Part shown: in pieces, positions 26,845-39,726 of the stretch
How the letters are laid out: each line of letters opens with the position of its first letter
How positions within the stretch are numbered: the first letter of the stretch is position 1
Source: the human T2T-CHM13v2.0 reference genome, Homo sapiens
Assembly: GCF_009914755.1 (NCBI RefSeq)
Contig: NC_060934.1
Direction: 5' to 3' (one strand)
Length of the DNA: 64,000 bases
The notes under the pieces: model-generated
Told to the model about the DNA's origin: nothing
Database searches by the model: none
Seen by the model: the letters and a program-made list of their open reading frames with translations, nothing else
Translations under genes and position numbers: made by a program

Positions 26845-27764
26845 TGAGGTCAATACCTGAAGGATGATAGAACTGAAAGGTGGGAAGAAGCTAAGTCCCT
26901 ATGGTCTCATGGAGCTGCTGTGCCAGCCCTAGGATGCCTACTTCTGGAAATTTTATAAGAGACAGACAAACTTTCCTGTGTTTAAGCCACTCTTAGATGG
27001 GGTTTATTTGCAGGTAAGGCTGTTCATAAGTGATAGAGCTAAGATCCAAAATATGAAAAGGAGCTATCGAGGTGAAGAGTAAGCTAGATGACACCACAGT
27101 CAAAAGGGATAGGAATGAACTGGGAACGTGCAGAAGGCCCATGTGACTGGAGCATCATGAGGAAGATGAGTGGGGTGAGATCAGGTTAAGGCATAGGCAG
27201 AGGCTTGAAGGCTTGGGACATTGTGGTCCATGGTAAGCAGTTTGGATTTTATCCAAAGCGTTACAAGAAACTGCTGACAGTTATGAAGTAGACAGATGAC
27301 AGGAATTGATTTATTTATGTTTAGAAAAATAACTCTGGCTGCTCCATAGAGAATGGACTGGGGCAGGGGCTAAAGGGAAAGCATAGAGAGACCAGAGAGG
27401 AGGCAGCTGTTCAGAGGAGAGATGATGGGAGATGCACAGAAGTGAACAGTTTTGAAATCTATTTTGAAAGTAAAATTAACAAATTATTAAATGAACGTGG
27501 AAGATTAAGAAAACGGAAAAGTCAAGGATGATTTCTTGTTTTCAGGTTTTAGCAACAAAATAGAAAAGGTAACCATCAAGTGTCAATTGGATATCCCAGT
27601 GACTATGTCAATTAGACAATTAATTATGTGAAACTGGAGATTATGAGAGGCCTGAACAATCAGTATACATTTGGAAGCCATCAGCATAATATTGTATTGA
27701 TGATAGTGATAAGGAATATAAAGTCATTCGTGAGATACTCAGTAAACATTAGCTATCATTATTT

Positions 27765-27897
27765 TTATTTTTTTTTTAGAGACAGGGTCTCACTCTGTTG
27801 CTCACACTGGGGTGCAGTGGTGCCACTGCAGCCTCGAACTCCTGGGCCCAAGAGATCCTCCTGCCTCAGCATGTCAGGTGGCTGGGACTACAGGCAC
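27765..27897 (-). mobile_element. Partial old Alu (AluJ-like)
   Basis: AGAGACAGGGTCTCACTCTGTTGC...GCTGGGACTACAGGC. Confidence 0.8.
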
Positions 27898-28559
27898 TCT
27901 ATCATTATTTTAAAATGCTAAGTAAGTAAGGCTCATTTAATCCTAATTACAAACTTACAATGTTAGATGTTGTTATCCTCATTTTAAAGATGACAAAATT
28001 CAGGTACCCCAAGTTCACTAAGCTGCCTGGAATCATGCAACTAATTTAGGTGGTAGAGCTGGGATTTGAACCCAGATTAAGCTACTATTAGAGCCAGAGC
28101 TCTCATCACCATCCCAGACAGGCTGGTAGTTGGGGGTATCAGGCAAACATCCTGAATGGCTAGAGCACCCTCTGGCAGTTGGAGAAACACCAGCTTTCAT
28201 AGATCACTTGTGGTCCTCTGGGTTGAAGCAGCTGAAGAAAACTCTGCCAGGATAAGCCTTCAGCTGCCATCCTTGCTGCGGCTCTGGAGAGGTCATACAC
28301 GTGACTGCATCAAAGTCAATGCCACTGGTGAGCAACTGTTTTGTAACATAGTAACAAATTATGTTGCTAGGGTAGGAGAAGAACTTATTTTATTTCTTAG
28401 TGGCATTAAACAACGTTTATTACACTCCCTACTTTATGGGTCTGGAATTCAAACAGGGCTCAGAAGGAATAGCCCATGTCTGTTCCATGATGACTGGGAT
28501 GACTGAGATGGCTCAAAAGGATATAAATGGTTGGAATGGTTTAACTGGGACCACATATC

Positions 28560-28885
28560 TGCTATGGTTTGAATGTGCCCCCCAATATTCTCATGTTGAA
28601 ATCCTAACCCCCAGCGTAATGGTATTAGGATATAGAGCATTTGGGAGGTGATTAGGTCATAAGGGTAGAGCCCTTGTGAATGGGATTAGTGTCCTTATAG
28701 AAGAAACCCCAGAGAGATCCTGCTCCTTCCACCATGTGAGGACACAGGGAGAAGTCAGCAATCTGCAGCTTAGAAAGAAGAGGGCTGTCATCAAAACCTG
28801 ATTATGCTGGCAACCTGATCTTCGACTTTCAGCCTCTGGAACTGTGAGCTTTTAAGCCACCCAATCTATGGTATTTTGTTATAGC
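28560..28885 (+). mobile_element. MLT1A-type MaLR solo LTR
   Basis: TGCTATGGTTTGAATGTGCCCCCCAA...GAACTAAGGCA. Confidence 0.85.
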
Positions 28886-29637
28886 ACTCCGAATGAACTA
28901 AGGCAAATACGGAGGCCTTAATTCTGGCTATCAGTTAGGTTTCACAGTTTTCTTCACGTCATAGCTACTGAAGCTGAAATGTACAAGGTGGCTTCATGAT
29001 TTCCATGCCTGGCATCTAGGTTGAAATGGCTGGGCAGCTCAGGCTAGCTGGTTATCATTCTCTCCACATGGTATCTCTGCTCAGGTAGCTTGGGCTTCCT
29101 CGTAGCATAGCAATTTCAGGATAGCCAGAATTACATGGTGGGCGGCTTCAAAAATGTATAGTCATACTGTTTAGATTAACCTATTTTATGGCATAAAAAA
29201 TGTTACTGTGAAAACTGGTGCTGCAGTTTAGCCACTAAATTAATATTTGGGGATTTTTAAGAAGCAGCAACATAGAAGGGCTTTCCATTCTTTCATCCTA
29301 AAATTAGATTAAAAGCTGTATTGTGAAGCTACGCCAACTGCTGGCCAAGCCTAGTTCACAGCAGTCTGTACCTTCTTGCACTAGTTCTGCAGCTGTCTTC
29401 AGAGTTCTTGATCCAACTTGCCCGATCATACCATATCAGCCTGGGATGGGTGATGGCCTTGAAACTTTCCCTTCTTTGGCATGCACTACATTTTGTTAAG
29501 TAAAGTTCTCATTGGACCTATGAAGATCCAGAAAAATGTCCTCATCTTGTAAATACCTCTTTAAGCTCTACTCCTGGGAATTTATCTTAAGCCAAATTCA
29601 AAAAAATTCAAAAGAAGAAAAGTGGGGTGGCTGGGAG

Positions 29638-29664
29638 GAGAGAGAGAGAGAAAGAGAGAGAGAG
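29638..29664. repeat. (GA)n microsatellite
   Basis: Read directly from sequence. Confidence 0.9.
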
Positions 29665-29724
29665 TACAAGTAGCTTATGTATTAGGCAATAAGATAATGG
29701 GTTATACATTCAAGTTTTTTTATG

Positions 29725-30680
29725 TAGTGTAGTGATTATGAACATGAACTCCAGAGTTAGAATCACCCTGCATGAGTTCACATCCTGGTTGTGCCACTCA
29801 CTTCCTAGCTGTGCAATGATTTGGGGCAAGTTACCTAATCTGTGCCTCAGTTTCCTCATCTTTAAAATAGTGATGATAACAGTATCTACCTTATGGGATT
29901 GTTTAGAAGACTAAGTGAGATAATCTGTGAAAAGCAATGTGAACAGTGGCTAGAAAACAATGCTGAATTAGTGGTAGTCATTAAATTATTGAAATAACAT
30001 TTACTGGGACCTACTATGTGCCAGATGCTGAAGTGCTGGAAATAACAAGTTGAATAGACCATAATTTCTACTCTGGTGAGAAAGATAAGCATGGAGCATG
30101 CATGGGAAGTACAGAACAAAATGGAGACATGTACAAAGGTATCTAGGAGTGTGGATGTGGGAGCACCTCCCTTTTTCTGTGGAGGAGAGGAGATGCTTCC
30201 CATAGGAGGTGATGTTTACACTAAATGTTAAAGGGTAAGTAGGAGTTTGCCAACTAAATAGCAGAAGGAGGAGTGGGAGAGTTATTCTGGGCAGAGAATA
30301 CACTACACTGTGTGCTTTTCAGGGAACACAAGAAATATACACTGGGGAGGGAATGCAGAGGACAGTGATGAGACTGAAAGTGTAGGCAAGAGCCCATATC
30401 CAAAGGGCTGTGTGAACCATTAGAAGCGGTTTGGCCTCTAATGGGTAGTTGGTTGGGAGTCATTGAAGAAACATGTTTTAGGCCTGGCTGCTATATGATG
30501 TGTAGCTGCTGCATGCTGTTTGACAGATTGATAGAAGACCACCAAAAAGCAAGGGCACCAGTAAGGAAACATTTGCAGTAATCTAGGTGAGAGAGTATGT
30601 TGTTCTGAAGTAAATCAGTGGCAGGAGAAACTTAGGCATAACTCAGGTTTCTGGCTTGGGTGTCTGAGCAGATGGAGGAA
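29725..30680. mobile_element. MIR followed by L2 3' fragment
   Basis: GGGCAAGTTACCTAATCTGTGCCTCAGTTTCCTCATC (MIR); CATTTACTGGGACCTACTATGTGCCAG and CAGGTTTCTGGCTTGGG (L2). Confidence 0.65.
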
Positions 30681-31019
30681 AGTGGTAAGTTAGAGGGAAT
30701 GTCATATGATCTCTAAAATGATTATTATAAAGGCTTCATAACACTATGGGAAAATGTTCATGATCTAATGTTAACTGATGAAAGCACCCTAATCATGTTT
30801 GCACCATTATGACTACAAACCAAGCAAATATATTCAAAGATGAGGTGAGGAAGGGACAAAAAATAATCAAAATAGTTTGATTCTTAGGATATTAAGATTG
30901 TAGATAAAAATCTTCATGACTATATCTTATAACTTTGAAGAGAAAACTAGCATAGCAAAATTACAATGAAATATTGTTTGAAATTTTGCCTTTTAGATTT
31001 TCTTTAATTGTTTAACTTT

Positions 31020-31550
31020 TTAAATTAACAGCTTAATGGAGATATAATCCATGTAACATACAATTCACACATTTAAATGGTATTAACTCAATGGTTTTAT
31101 TATATTCACAGAGTTTTGCAACCATCACCACAATCAATTTTAGAACATTTTCATTACCCCCAAAAGAAATTCCACATCCATTAGCAGTCATTCATCATTA
31201 TTCCCTAGCCCCCAATGTGAGGCAAACACTACTTTCTGTCTCTATAGATTTGCCTATTCCAGACCTTTCATAAAAATGGAGTCATACAATGTGTGGTCTT
31301 TTGTGACTGGCTTCTTTTACTTAACATAGTGTTTTCAAGGTTCATCCATGTTGTAGCAGACATTGGTACTTCATTCCTTTCGTGGCTGAATTATATTCCA
31401 CTGCATGAATATATATTTTATTTATCCATTTATCAGTTGATGGCTATTTGGGTTGTTTCCACTTTGGGGCTATCATACATAATGCTACTAAGAATATTTA
31501 CGCACAAGTTTTTGGGAAGGTATGTTTTAACCACTCTTGGGTATATATTG
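31020..31550 (-). mobile_element. L1MB-type 3' fragment
   Basis: TGTGGTCTTTTGTGACTGGCTTCTTTTACTTAACATAGTGTTTTCAAGGTTCATCCATGTTGTAGCA. Confidence 0.85.
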
Positions 31551-32803
31551 ACTTTTAAAGTATAAAAATGCAAAGGGGCATGAGGAAATTTGGGGAGCCA
31601 TTGATATATTCTATATCATGATTGTGGTAGTAGTCATATATCTGTATACATTTGTCAAAACTCATTAAGCTGTACACTTATATTAATACATTAATTATAT
31701 CTCAGTAAAACTGACCCCCAAAATAAATGATGGAATGGTAGGGAGACAGATTTAAAGGCATGTTAATATGTATAATGTTTCAGCACTATTATTTAATGCT
31801 TTTCCATATACCAATTATTTTCACATACATTATTACCTCCTTGAAACAACCAACCACCTAAACACTATGATCATTCTAATAACCCAGTGAGATAAGTAAG
31901 AAGGTATTATTATGTCCATTTTGGATATAAGGAATATAAATGTGGTATGAATGGCTTGCCCAATATCATAGAGCTGCCAAGTAGCAGAGGCAGAATTTCT
32001 CCCACCTTGCACCTCTATAGCGTTCAAATGCTTAATCAAATTTGCTTACTAAGGTTAAGGGACAAAGGAGCTACTTCTGTATATATTTTATATTTGGATA
32101 GCAGAATAAAGAAGTTTCCCCACATGCTGGCTCTTCCATGGCCTAGAATAAAAATGAAAAAAAGTGATAACTTAAATCCCCAAACTAGAACAGGACCTCT
32201 AAAATGCAAGAAAAATGTAAAATACCCCACTTTTGATTGTAATACTCTTTTAAGTTGCTCTAATACTTGAGCTTTGATATTACTTAATAGAGTGTCTTAC
32301 TGTCTTTACCAGTTTCTGCTGGTCCTAAGCTGATGTGTGCTCAGACCCTTTGCCCGTCCTTACTGTACCCTGCTCTGTAAGGAAGGAGAGCTGACTCTTG
32401 CAGGCTGTGTTTTTCAAGGTCCAGTGACAGCTGTCTTCCAGTTGGCGTTAGCCAGTGAGAGAAGAGCATTGGTGAGAGAACAGCAAAGTTTTTCTCTCCT
32501 TCCCTCACTGCTTTGGACAGCATCTCCAACAGCTGCTGCCCTTCTTCTGGAGTCTCTAGCACCTACAGGACATGTCTGCTCTGACTCTGCCTTCCTAACT
32601 CCTGGGCTCTGATTATATCACCTTTACCCCTTGCCTTGCCAGACCAACAGCTTCCTGCTGTTGCTAATGTCTGGGTTGCTGTCATCTAATTAGCTTGTCT
32701 GCTTCTTCCTTCATCACATTCCCTGTCCCCTGAATACCCAGGGTGGTTTCTGTTCTCCTGGCTGGACCTTGAACGACAGACCATTTATAATGTTGACTCA
32801 GGA

Positions 32804-33216
32804 TGTTTATTAGTCTGTTCTCACACTGCTATAAAGAAATACCTGAGACTGGGTAATTTATAAAGAAAAGAGGTTTAACTGATTCATGGTTTCACAGGCT
32901 GTACAGGAAGCACGGTGGCATCAGCTTCTGGGGAAGCCTTAGGGAACTTAGTCATGGCGGAAGGTGAAGGGAGAGCCAGCACTTCACATGGCCAGAAAAG
33001 GAGGAAGAGAGAGAGAAGGGGAAGGTGCTACACACTTTCAAACAACCAGCTATCGTGAGAACTCACTATCATGACAACAACACCAAGGTGATGGTGCTAA
33101 ACCATTCACGACGGATCCACCTCCATGATCCAATCACCTCCCACCAGGCCCCACCTCCAACACTGGGGATTACAATTCCTTATGAGATTTGGGTGGAGCC
33201 ACAGATCCAAATATCA
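32804..33216 (-). mobile_element. MSTA-type MaLR solo LTR
   Basis: TATTAGTCTGTTCTCACACTGCTATAAAGAAATACCTGAGACTGGG...GAGATTTGGGTGG. Confidence 0.85.
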
Positions 33217-33499
33217 AGATTAAACCTACGAACATACCTGAAGATAGTTTTAAGGCTTTAACCACTTCACTTGGCATCCCTTTCTGGTCTAACCCTTAGG
33301 CACATTTAGATATGACATCCATTATTCTAATATGAGTGGGTATATTTGTGTCAGAAATGCAACTGTTAGAAAATGAAAATGTATTTTTCAAATAGGCTGA
33401 AGTGTAATCATCTAATAGCTGAAATAAGACATTTATAGGTCTGGAAACTTAAATAAGTATTTAGCTGGCCATTTTCTCTTGTACAATTTTTCATGTTAA

Positions 33500-35489
33500 A
33501 TTAGTATAGTAAGAGATTTATTAGTTGCTCACAAACTGTTCAGTGTGGTCAGCTGAGGGTTTCTGCACCATGCAGTTATTTAGGGACCTTATGTGTTGAC
33601 ATCTAGCTAGCAGATGAGGAGCAAAAGAGAGCATAGAGGTTTGTGTGGGATGTTTTTGGGACCAGGTCTGGAAGTATCATACATCAACCTTTCCCACATC
33701 TAATTGGCCAGAACTCAATCACATGGTCCTTAATTGTAGGAGAGGCTGAGAAGTGTAGTTCAAATGCCTAGGAGGGAAAAGAAATGATTTTGGAAAACAT
33801 ATGGCCAGTCTCTACCACAGCTTGCCCTTTTGGTCAATAAATTATTATTTTATTCTTCCTCTCATAAATAGAGTACACTCCCCCACCAAACTCCCCTGGA
33901 GATTATTCCCAGTTGTTGTGTTCAGCTAAAAGCCCTGGGATGCATGTCCATCTGGTATAGATATGGTTCTTTCTGGTTGAGTAATTTATAAACTAAAAAG
34001 AAGAGCTTTCTACCTCCTGCTCCTTTCCCATCACCAAATATACAATGGTAAGCAGAGACAAAGAACTGCAGTGTCTCATTTGGAAAGGGGAAAGATCAAA
34101 GACACAAAGCCATCACTTGTCTAGAGCAGTCTGGTAGGCATTGTGAAGTTTCCTTGACCAAGAAGCATTAGGAAATTTACTTGGACTGTTTCTGTTCTAT
34201 GGCAGAAATTATTTTGCCCATTTTTCTGTGGTCCCTGGCTCCACTCTTTCGGAATTCTCTTCATTGCCATTATCCTCTGTGGTGATATCCGAAGTGGGTG
34301 ATAGGGAGTAAGCTATCTATGGGATATGTAGATTTTGGAGTCAACTTCCTTCTCATGGAAAGCTGAGAGCCCAAGGGTGGTGGTTGTTTTATGCCTTGAC
34401 TATTCTTTGTCCCAGACTTACATTTTCTTTGGAAATAAAATTTCCTCAGAAACTTAACAGGCTTCTCATTGACTTTTTTCTAGACATCCTGTGCCACAAA
34501 CAACATCCCAAATACTTTCCTGACATAGCTCTTCATCTTCTTTATGTCTTTTTTCCCATGCCTCTCCCAAGAGACAGCCTACCTACTGGCAGCCACCTTG
34601 ATTCTGTTAGGACTGAGTGGGAAGGCCACAACTTTAATGTGATCTTTGCCCTAAGGCAGTGACCTAGCAGACCTTGGTTTCTCAGAGTTTGCCCAATCTT
34701 ATTTCCTTCTATTTGGGATCTAGAAGTAGTAGTCTACTTTAAGACTCCAAATTTATGTAATTTTCTTATTTTCTTTCATTTATCTTTGTACACTGCCTAT
34801 ACTGGCCAGCCAGTAGTAGCCAATACACACTAACAGTTTGGTTCTTTCCAACTGCTTCTCTTGGAGCTGACATTAGTAAACATATGGCCCATCTATTAAG
34901 TTACTATAAGCGAGAATTTTTGCCAAATGTTTTACTGCTGCATAGCATGGATTGCTGCCTTTGCTGCCTCTGGCATTAGTTTCCTTTCTTCCCACAACTG
35001 GTATGCTAAGCCAGTGGCATCTATTTTAGGTTTTTGTTTTAGGAGCAACCTACTTCAAGGTCCCATTTGTGGTTTTAGTCATAATAGTAGTGCTAGTTGT
35101 ATAAAAACAATCTCCATATCTCAGTGGCTTAACACAATACACACATAAAGTTCAGTTCCCACTCTACTGTCCAATGTAGGGGGGTGGGGTGGAGAGAGGG
35201 ACCTCTGCTCCCTGCAGTCAAGCAGAGACTAAGCTAACAGAGGCCCCACCATCTTTAATGCATGACTCCTAAGGTTCACCAACATGCAGCCAGCAGCTGG
35301 GAGAGGACAGAGAACATGATCATATGGCATGTTTCAGGAGCCAGGCCTGTGAGTAGCATATCACTTCTGTATACTTGCTAGAGTCTATCACGTGGCACTA
35401 CTAACATCATGGGAGAATGGGAAATTTAATTGTATGTCCGAGAAGAAAATGAAATAGGTTTGATGAAAACACAGCAGTCTCTGCCACAG
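33500..35489 (-). mobile_element. Ancient MLT1 (J/K-like) MaLR with two LTRs and internal region
   Basis: Two related segments end in CAGTCTCTACCACA (~33819) and CAGTCTCTGCCACA (~35488). MaLR-type internal/LTR junction near 35030-35080. Confidence 0.5.
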
Positions 35490-36593
35490 ATACTATTAAT
35501 TGGCTTGCTCAATTTCCATTTCACCTTTCTAGTATTCATTTCTATACTTCCAAGGCTGGGAAGCTAAAACTTACTATTAGGCTCCTTGCCACTAGAGTTC
35601 TGGGGGCTAAGTTGGGTCTGCTAATTCGGTTCTGCCAGTTACCCAAATGAAATCTGGAGGGAGGAAATGAGGCAAAGGCCATCTTACCCTCTGGCTGCTT
35701 TCTACTGGTAAATGCATTATAAAAAGCAGAGAATTTTTTCTGCAGCACAACCTCCAGTGTCCATTTTTCAGCTTTCTGGGTATCAAGATTTAGTGGCAAT
35801 TGCAGTGGCTTTGTGATTTCCAATATTTAGCTCACAGATACAATGGAGTGTTCTTGAATTCAGTTGTCTTGGCCTCCCATGTAGAGATCCCCCATGTGGT
35901 CAATTAGGTAAGGGCTCTGGAAGTGATTTCTGGAAACTCCACTGAGAGCCTAGTCTTTCAGTCCTTCTAATAAAATATATATTTTTTATTTCCTACTTCT
36001 ATTTATGTATTTATTTTTATTTCTGTGTTTATAGTGATGCAATTAACATCCATAATTAACATCCATGAACCCACCTTGAACTCAATAACCAAAACATGGC
36101 CAATAACTTATGTATGTCCTGTCTATGTGCTCTTCCTTCAGCCCATCTCCCTACCCTACCTCAAAGATAAGCCAATATTGAGTTCCCTTTCTTTTACTCT
36201 ACAGTTTTATCTTATATGTATGTAATCCTAAACAAAATATTGTTTAAATTTTGTTTCTGTACTTTACAAAGACGGTATCATACTATGCCATCTTCTGGGA
36301 TTTGTCTTTTTCATTCACTATTATTCAGATCCATTCTTGTGTCCATGGTGTTGCATATAGCTGAAATTCATTTATTTTTACTACAGTATAATATTCCATT
36401 ACACAAACAAACCATAATTCTTACCCCAATATATGGTTAATCAGCATTTATCCGAGTGTTGTGTTATCAACAATGCTTCTGTGAACATTATTGGAAATAG
36501 GTTCTATGCATGTATAAAAGTCACTTTTAGTATACAGGAGTGCAGCTGCTGTATCCCAAGATATGTGAAAGTTCAATATTATAAGCTCATGTC

Positions 36594-36887
36594 GCCAGGC
36601 ATGGTGGCTCACACCTGTAATCCCAGCAGTCTGGGAGGCCGAGGCGGGCGGATCATGAGATCAGAAGTTCAAGACCAGCCTGACTAACATGGTGAAACCC
36701 CGTCTCTACTAAAAATACAAAAATTAGCTGGGCATGGTGGTGCATGCCTGTAATCCCAGTTACTCAGGATGCTGAGGCAGGAGAATTTCTTGAACCCAGG
36801 AGGCAGAGGTTTGCAGTGAGCCGAGATTGTGCCACTGCACTCCAGCCTGTGAGACAGAGCAAGACTCTGCCTCCAAAAAAAAAAAAA
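36594..36887 (+). mobile_element. Alu (AluS)
   Basis: Full dimer; TSD AAG(C/A)TCATGTC. Confidence 0.95.
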
Positions 36888-37308
36888 GATCATGTCAAAT
36901 GATTTCTAAAATGAATTTTACAATCTCACTCTGCCAGAACTCCACTGCTAGATATCTCAGTTGCTGCCCCCTACCTGCTGTGGGGTCAGCTTTCATTTGT
37001 TAACTTAGGAGCATTGCTAGAGACCTTTCCAACCTTTCTTGAGATAAGGAATTCTTCACAGTGTGTTGTATCTGGGATCTAGTTGTTGTGGGGTGCCAGT
37101 GTCCACACATTGCTCCTAGTTACTCAAAATATTGAAAGCAGAATTCCCCCAACATTAATAAGAGGAATTGTATGCAAATAATTCAATGTATTAAGTCAAT
37201 GTAACAATTCAGTGTGTTAATATCTGCAGTGGTCTCTACTTCCTGATCCCTGACTGACAGAAATGGCAAGAACTCTAAGCTTGGTGCAGATGACATGCCT
37301 TACCTTAG

Positions 37309-37802
<494 letters not shown>

Positions 37803-38282
37803 AGTTTCCTGATTTTTAAGTTGAAGAAAAACACAAGTACCCTCCCTACCTGTGAGGTGTATAAGGAAATAAACAAATCATTGTACAGCATAGAATCTCT
37901 GTGAACAATGAAAATATATACTGCGTGCCTTCTGTCTGCAACACACTATGTTACGTATTTAATGATGTTATTTCGTTTAATGATCACAACAGTCTTACGA
38001 GGTAAGTTCTACTGTTATCCTTATTTTACAAATGAGAAAATTAAGAGCTTAAAATGGTTAAGGTACTTGTATAAGGTCACATGGCTAGTAAGTGGCAGAG
38101 CCAGAACTGAAACTCAAGGCAGTCTCACTCACAGATTTGCTGTATTATTCAGTTCCCAGCCAATTTCACGTCTGCCACCTCATGGGACACCCTGAGCCAG
38201 CACCACCCAGTTACAACACTGTGAAATAATTGATTTTTATTGTCATGTTAAACTACGAAGTTTTTTATTTGTTTATAAATTA

Positions 38283-38492
38283 TTATTTTTTTTAGAGACA
38301 GGGTCTCACTCTCTCACCCAGGCTGGAATGCAGTGGTGTGTTCATAGCTCACTGCAGCCTCCTATCTCCCGGGCTCAAGTGATCCTCCCACCTCAGCCCC
38401 ACAAGTACCTGGAACCACAAGTGTGTCCCACCACACCTGGCTAATATTTTATTTTTTGTAGAGACAGGGTCTTGCTATGTTTCTAGGCTGGT
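38283..38492 (-). mobile_element. Truncated AluJ
   Basis: AGAGACAGGGTCTCACTC...GGGCTCAAGTGATCCTCCCACCTCAGCC. Confidence 0.85.
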
Positions 38493-38632
38493 GAAACCAC
38501 TAAGTTTATAGGTAATTTGTTGCACAGCAGTAGGTATTGATAAAAGTTCATAACTAATTTATACCACTTAAACATTGCGCTGGTAAAAAAAAATTTCCTT
38601 GGCCTGAATTCAGGTTGCCAGTTTATAATATC

Positions 38633-39148
38633 TATAGAGAGAATGCCACCCAAAATATGCTACTGTGGTATAGGGATTCATTTTGAGCTGCAGGCAGTTG
38701 AGAAAAAAAGCAGACAAGAAAAACTCTCTGCCCTGACCTGCTCTACCAAGTAGGGCAGGATATACTTAATCACCAAACTCTAGACTCTTAGCAGCCCAGA
38801 ATGGCACCAGAGAAATCTATATTACAAACCTTGCTACAACAACTTTCATCTTCCATTAGTTTTCCCATATATTCTCCTTCGCACAATTTGTTCCCCTAGG
38901 AACTGCAAGCCCCTTTCCTTTGTCTTGTCACTTCTCTATAGGTTTATTGTTCTTTTGTGAAGATGCTAGATAAGCACCAAGTTCTAACCACCCCTTTGAG
39001 TTACTCATCACTGATGAGTGTTAATAAATAAATGTGTAAATAAATTTGTTTTTCTCTTGTTAATCTGTCTTTTGTCAGTCTAATTTGCAGGGCCCCAGCC
39101 AATGAACCTAAAATTGTAGAGGAAAAAAGGGTTTTTTTCTTACCTAAA
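38633..39148 (+). mobile_element. ERV1 LTR, MER34-like
   Basis: CCCAAAATATGC...; TTTTTCTCTTGTTAATCTGTCTTTTGTCAGTCTAATTTGCAGGGCCCCAGCCAATGAACCTAA. Confidence 0.6.
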
Positions 39149-39164
39149 CTTGCTTTGAATTGAA

Positions 39165-39272
39165 TTTTTTTTTTTTTTGTTTGTTTGTTTTTTTTTTTGA
39201 CACAGAGTCTCGCTCTGCCGCCCAGGCTGGAGTGCAGTGGTGCGATCTCGGCTCACTGCAAGCTCCACCTCC
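39165..39272 (-). mobile_element. Severely 5'-truncated Alu
   Basis: Poly-T tail plus ~75 nt of Alu 3' end. Confidence 0.85.
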
Positions 39273-39604
39273 AAGAGGAAAACTGATTCAATAAACTGAA
39301 TTATTTTTTCAGATTCAGTTAGACTTGTGTTCACATATGTCTCTACCACTTACTGGTTATGGGACCTTGGAAAATTTACTTAACAATTTCCTCACCTGTA
39401 AAAGGGGAATAACAGTAAAAGTACTCAGGAAAATCTGTGAAATACTTTGAAAAGAGAACGAAAAAAAGATTAGTGGATGTCCTATCTAGCTTATACTTCT
39501 GGATTATCTCTGCATTGCATTGTCTTTGAGCTACTTTATGACTCTATAAATTGCAAAAAACAGAGTAATACAAATAGTTCTTATTCAAAGGAATGCAAAT
39601 TGTG

Positions 39605-39726
39605 GGGGCCCAACCCTGTAATCCCAGTCACTCAGGAGGCTTAGGTGGGTGGATTCCTTAAATCCAGGTGTTAGAGACCAGCCTGGGCAACAGGGTGAGA
39701 GACCTCATCTCTAAAACAAATAAAAA
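39605..39726 (+). mobile_element. FLAM-like Alu monomer
   Basis: CCTGTAATCCCAG...GAGACCAGCCTGGGCAAC plus A-rich tail. Confidence 0.75.
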
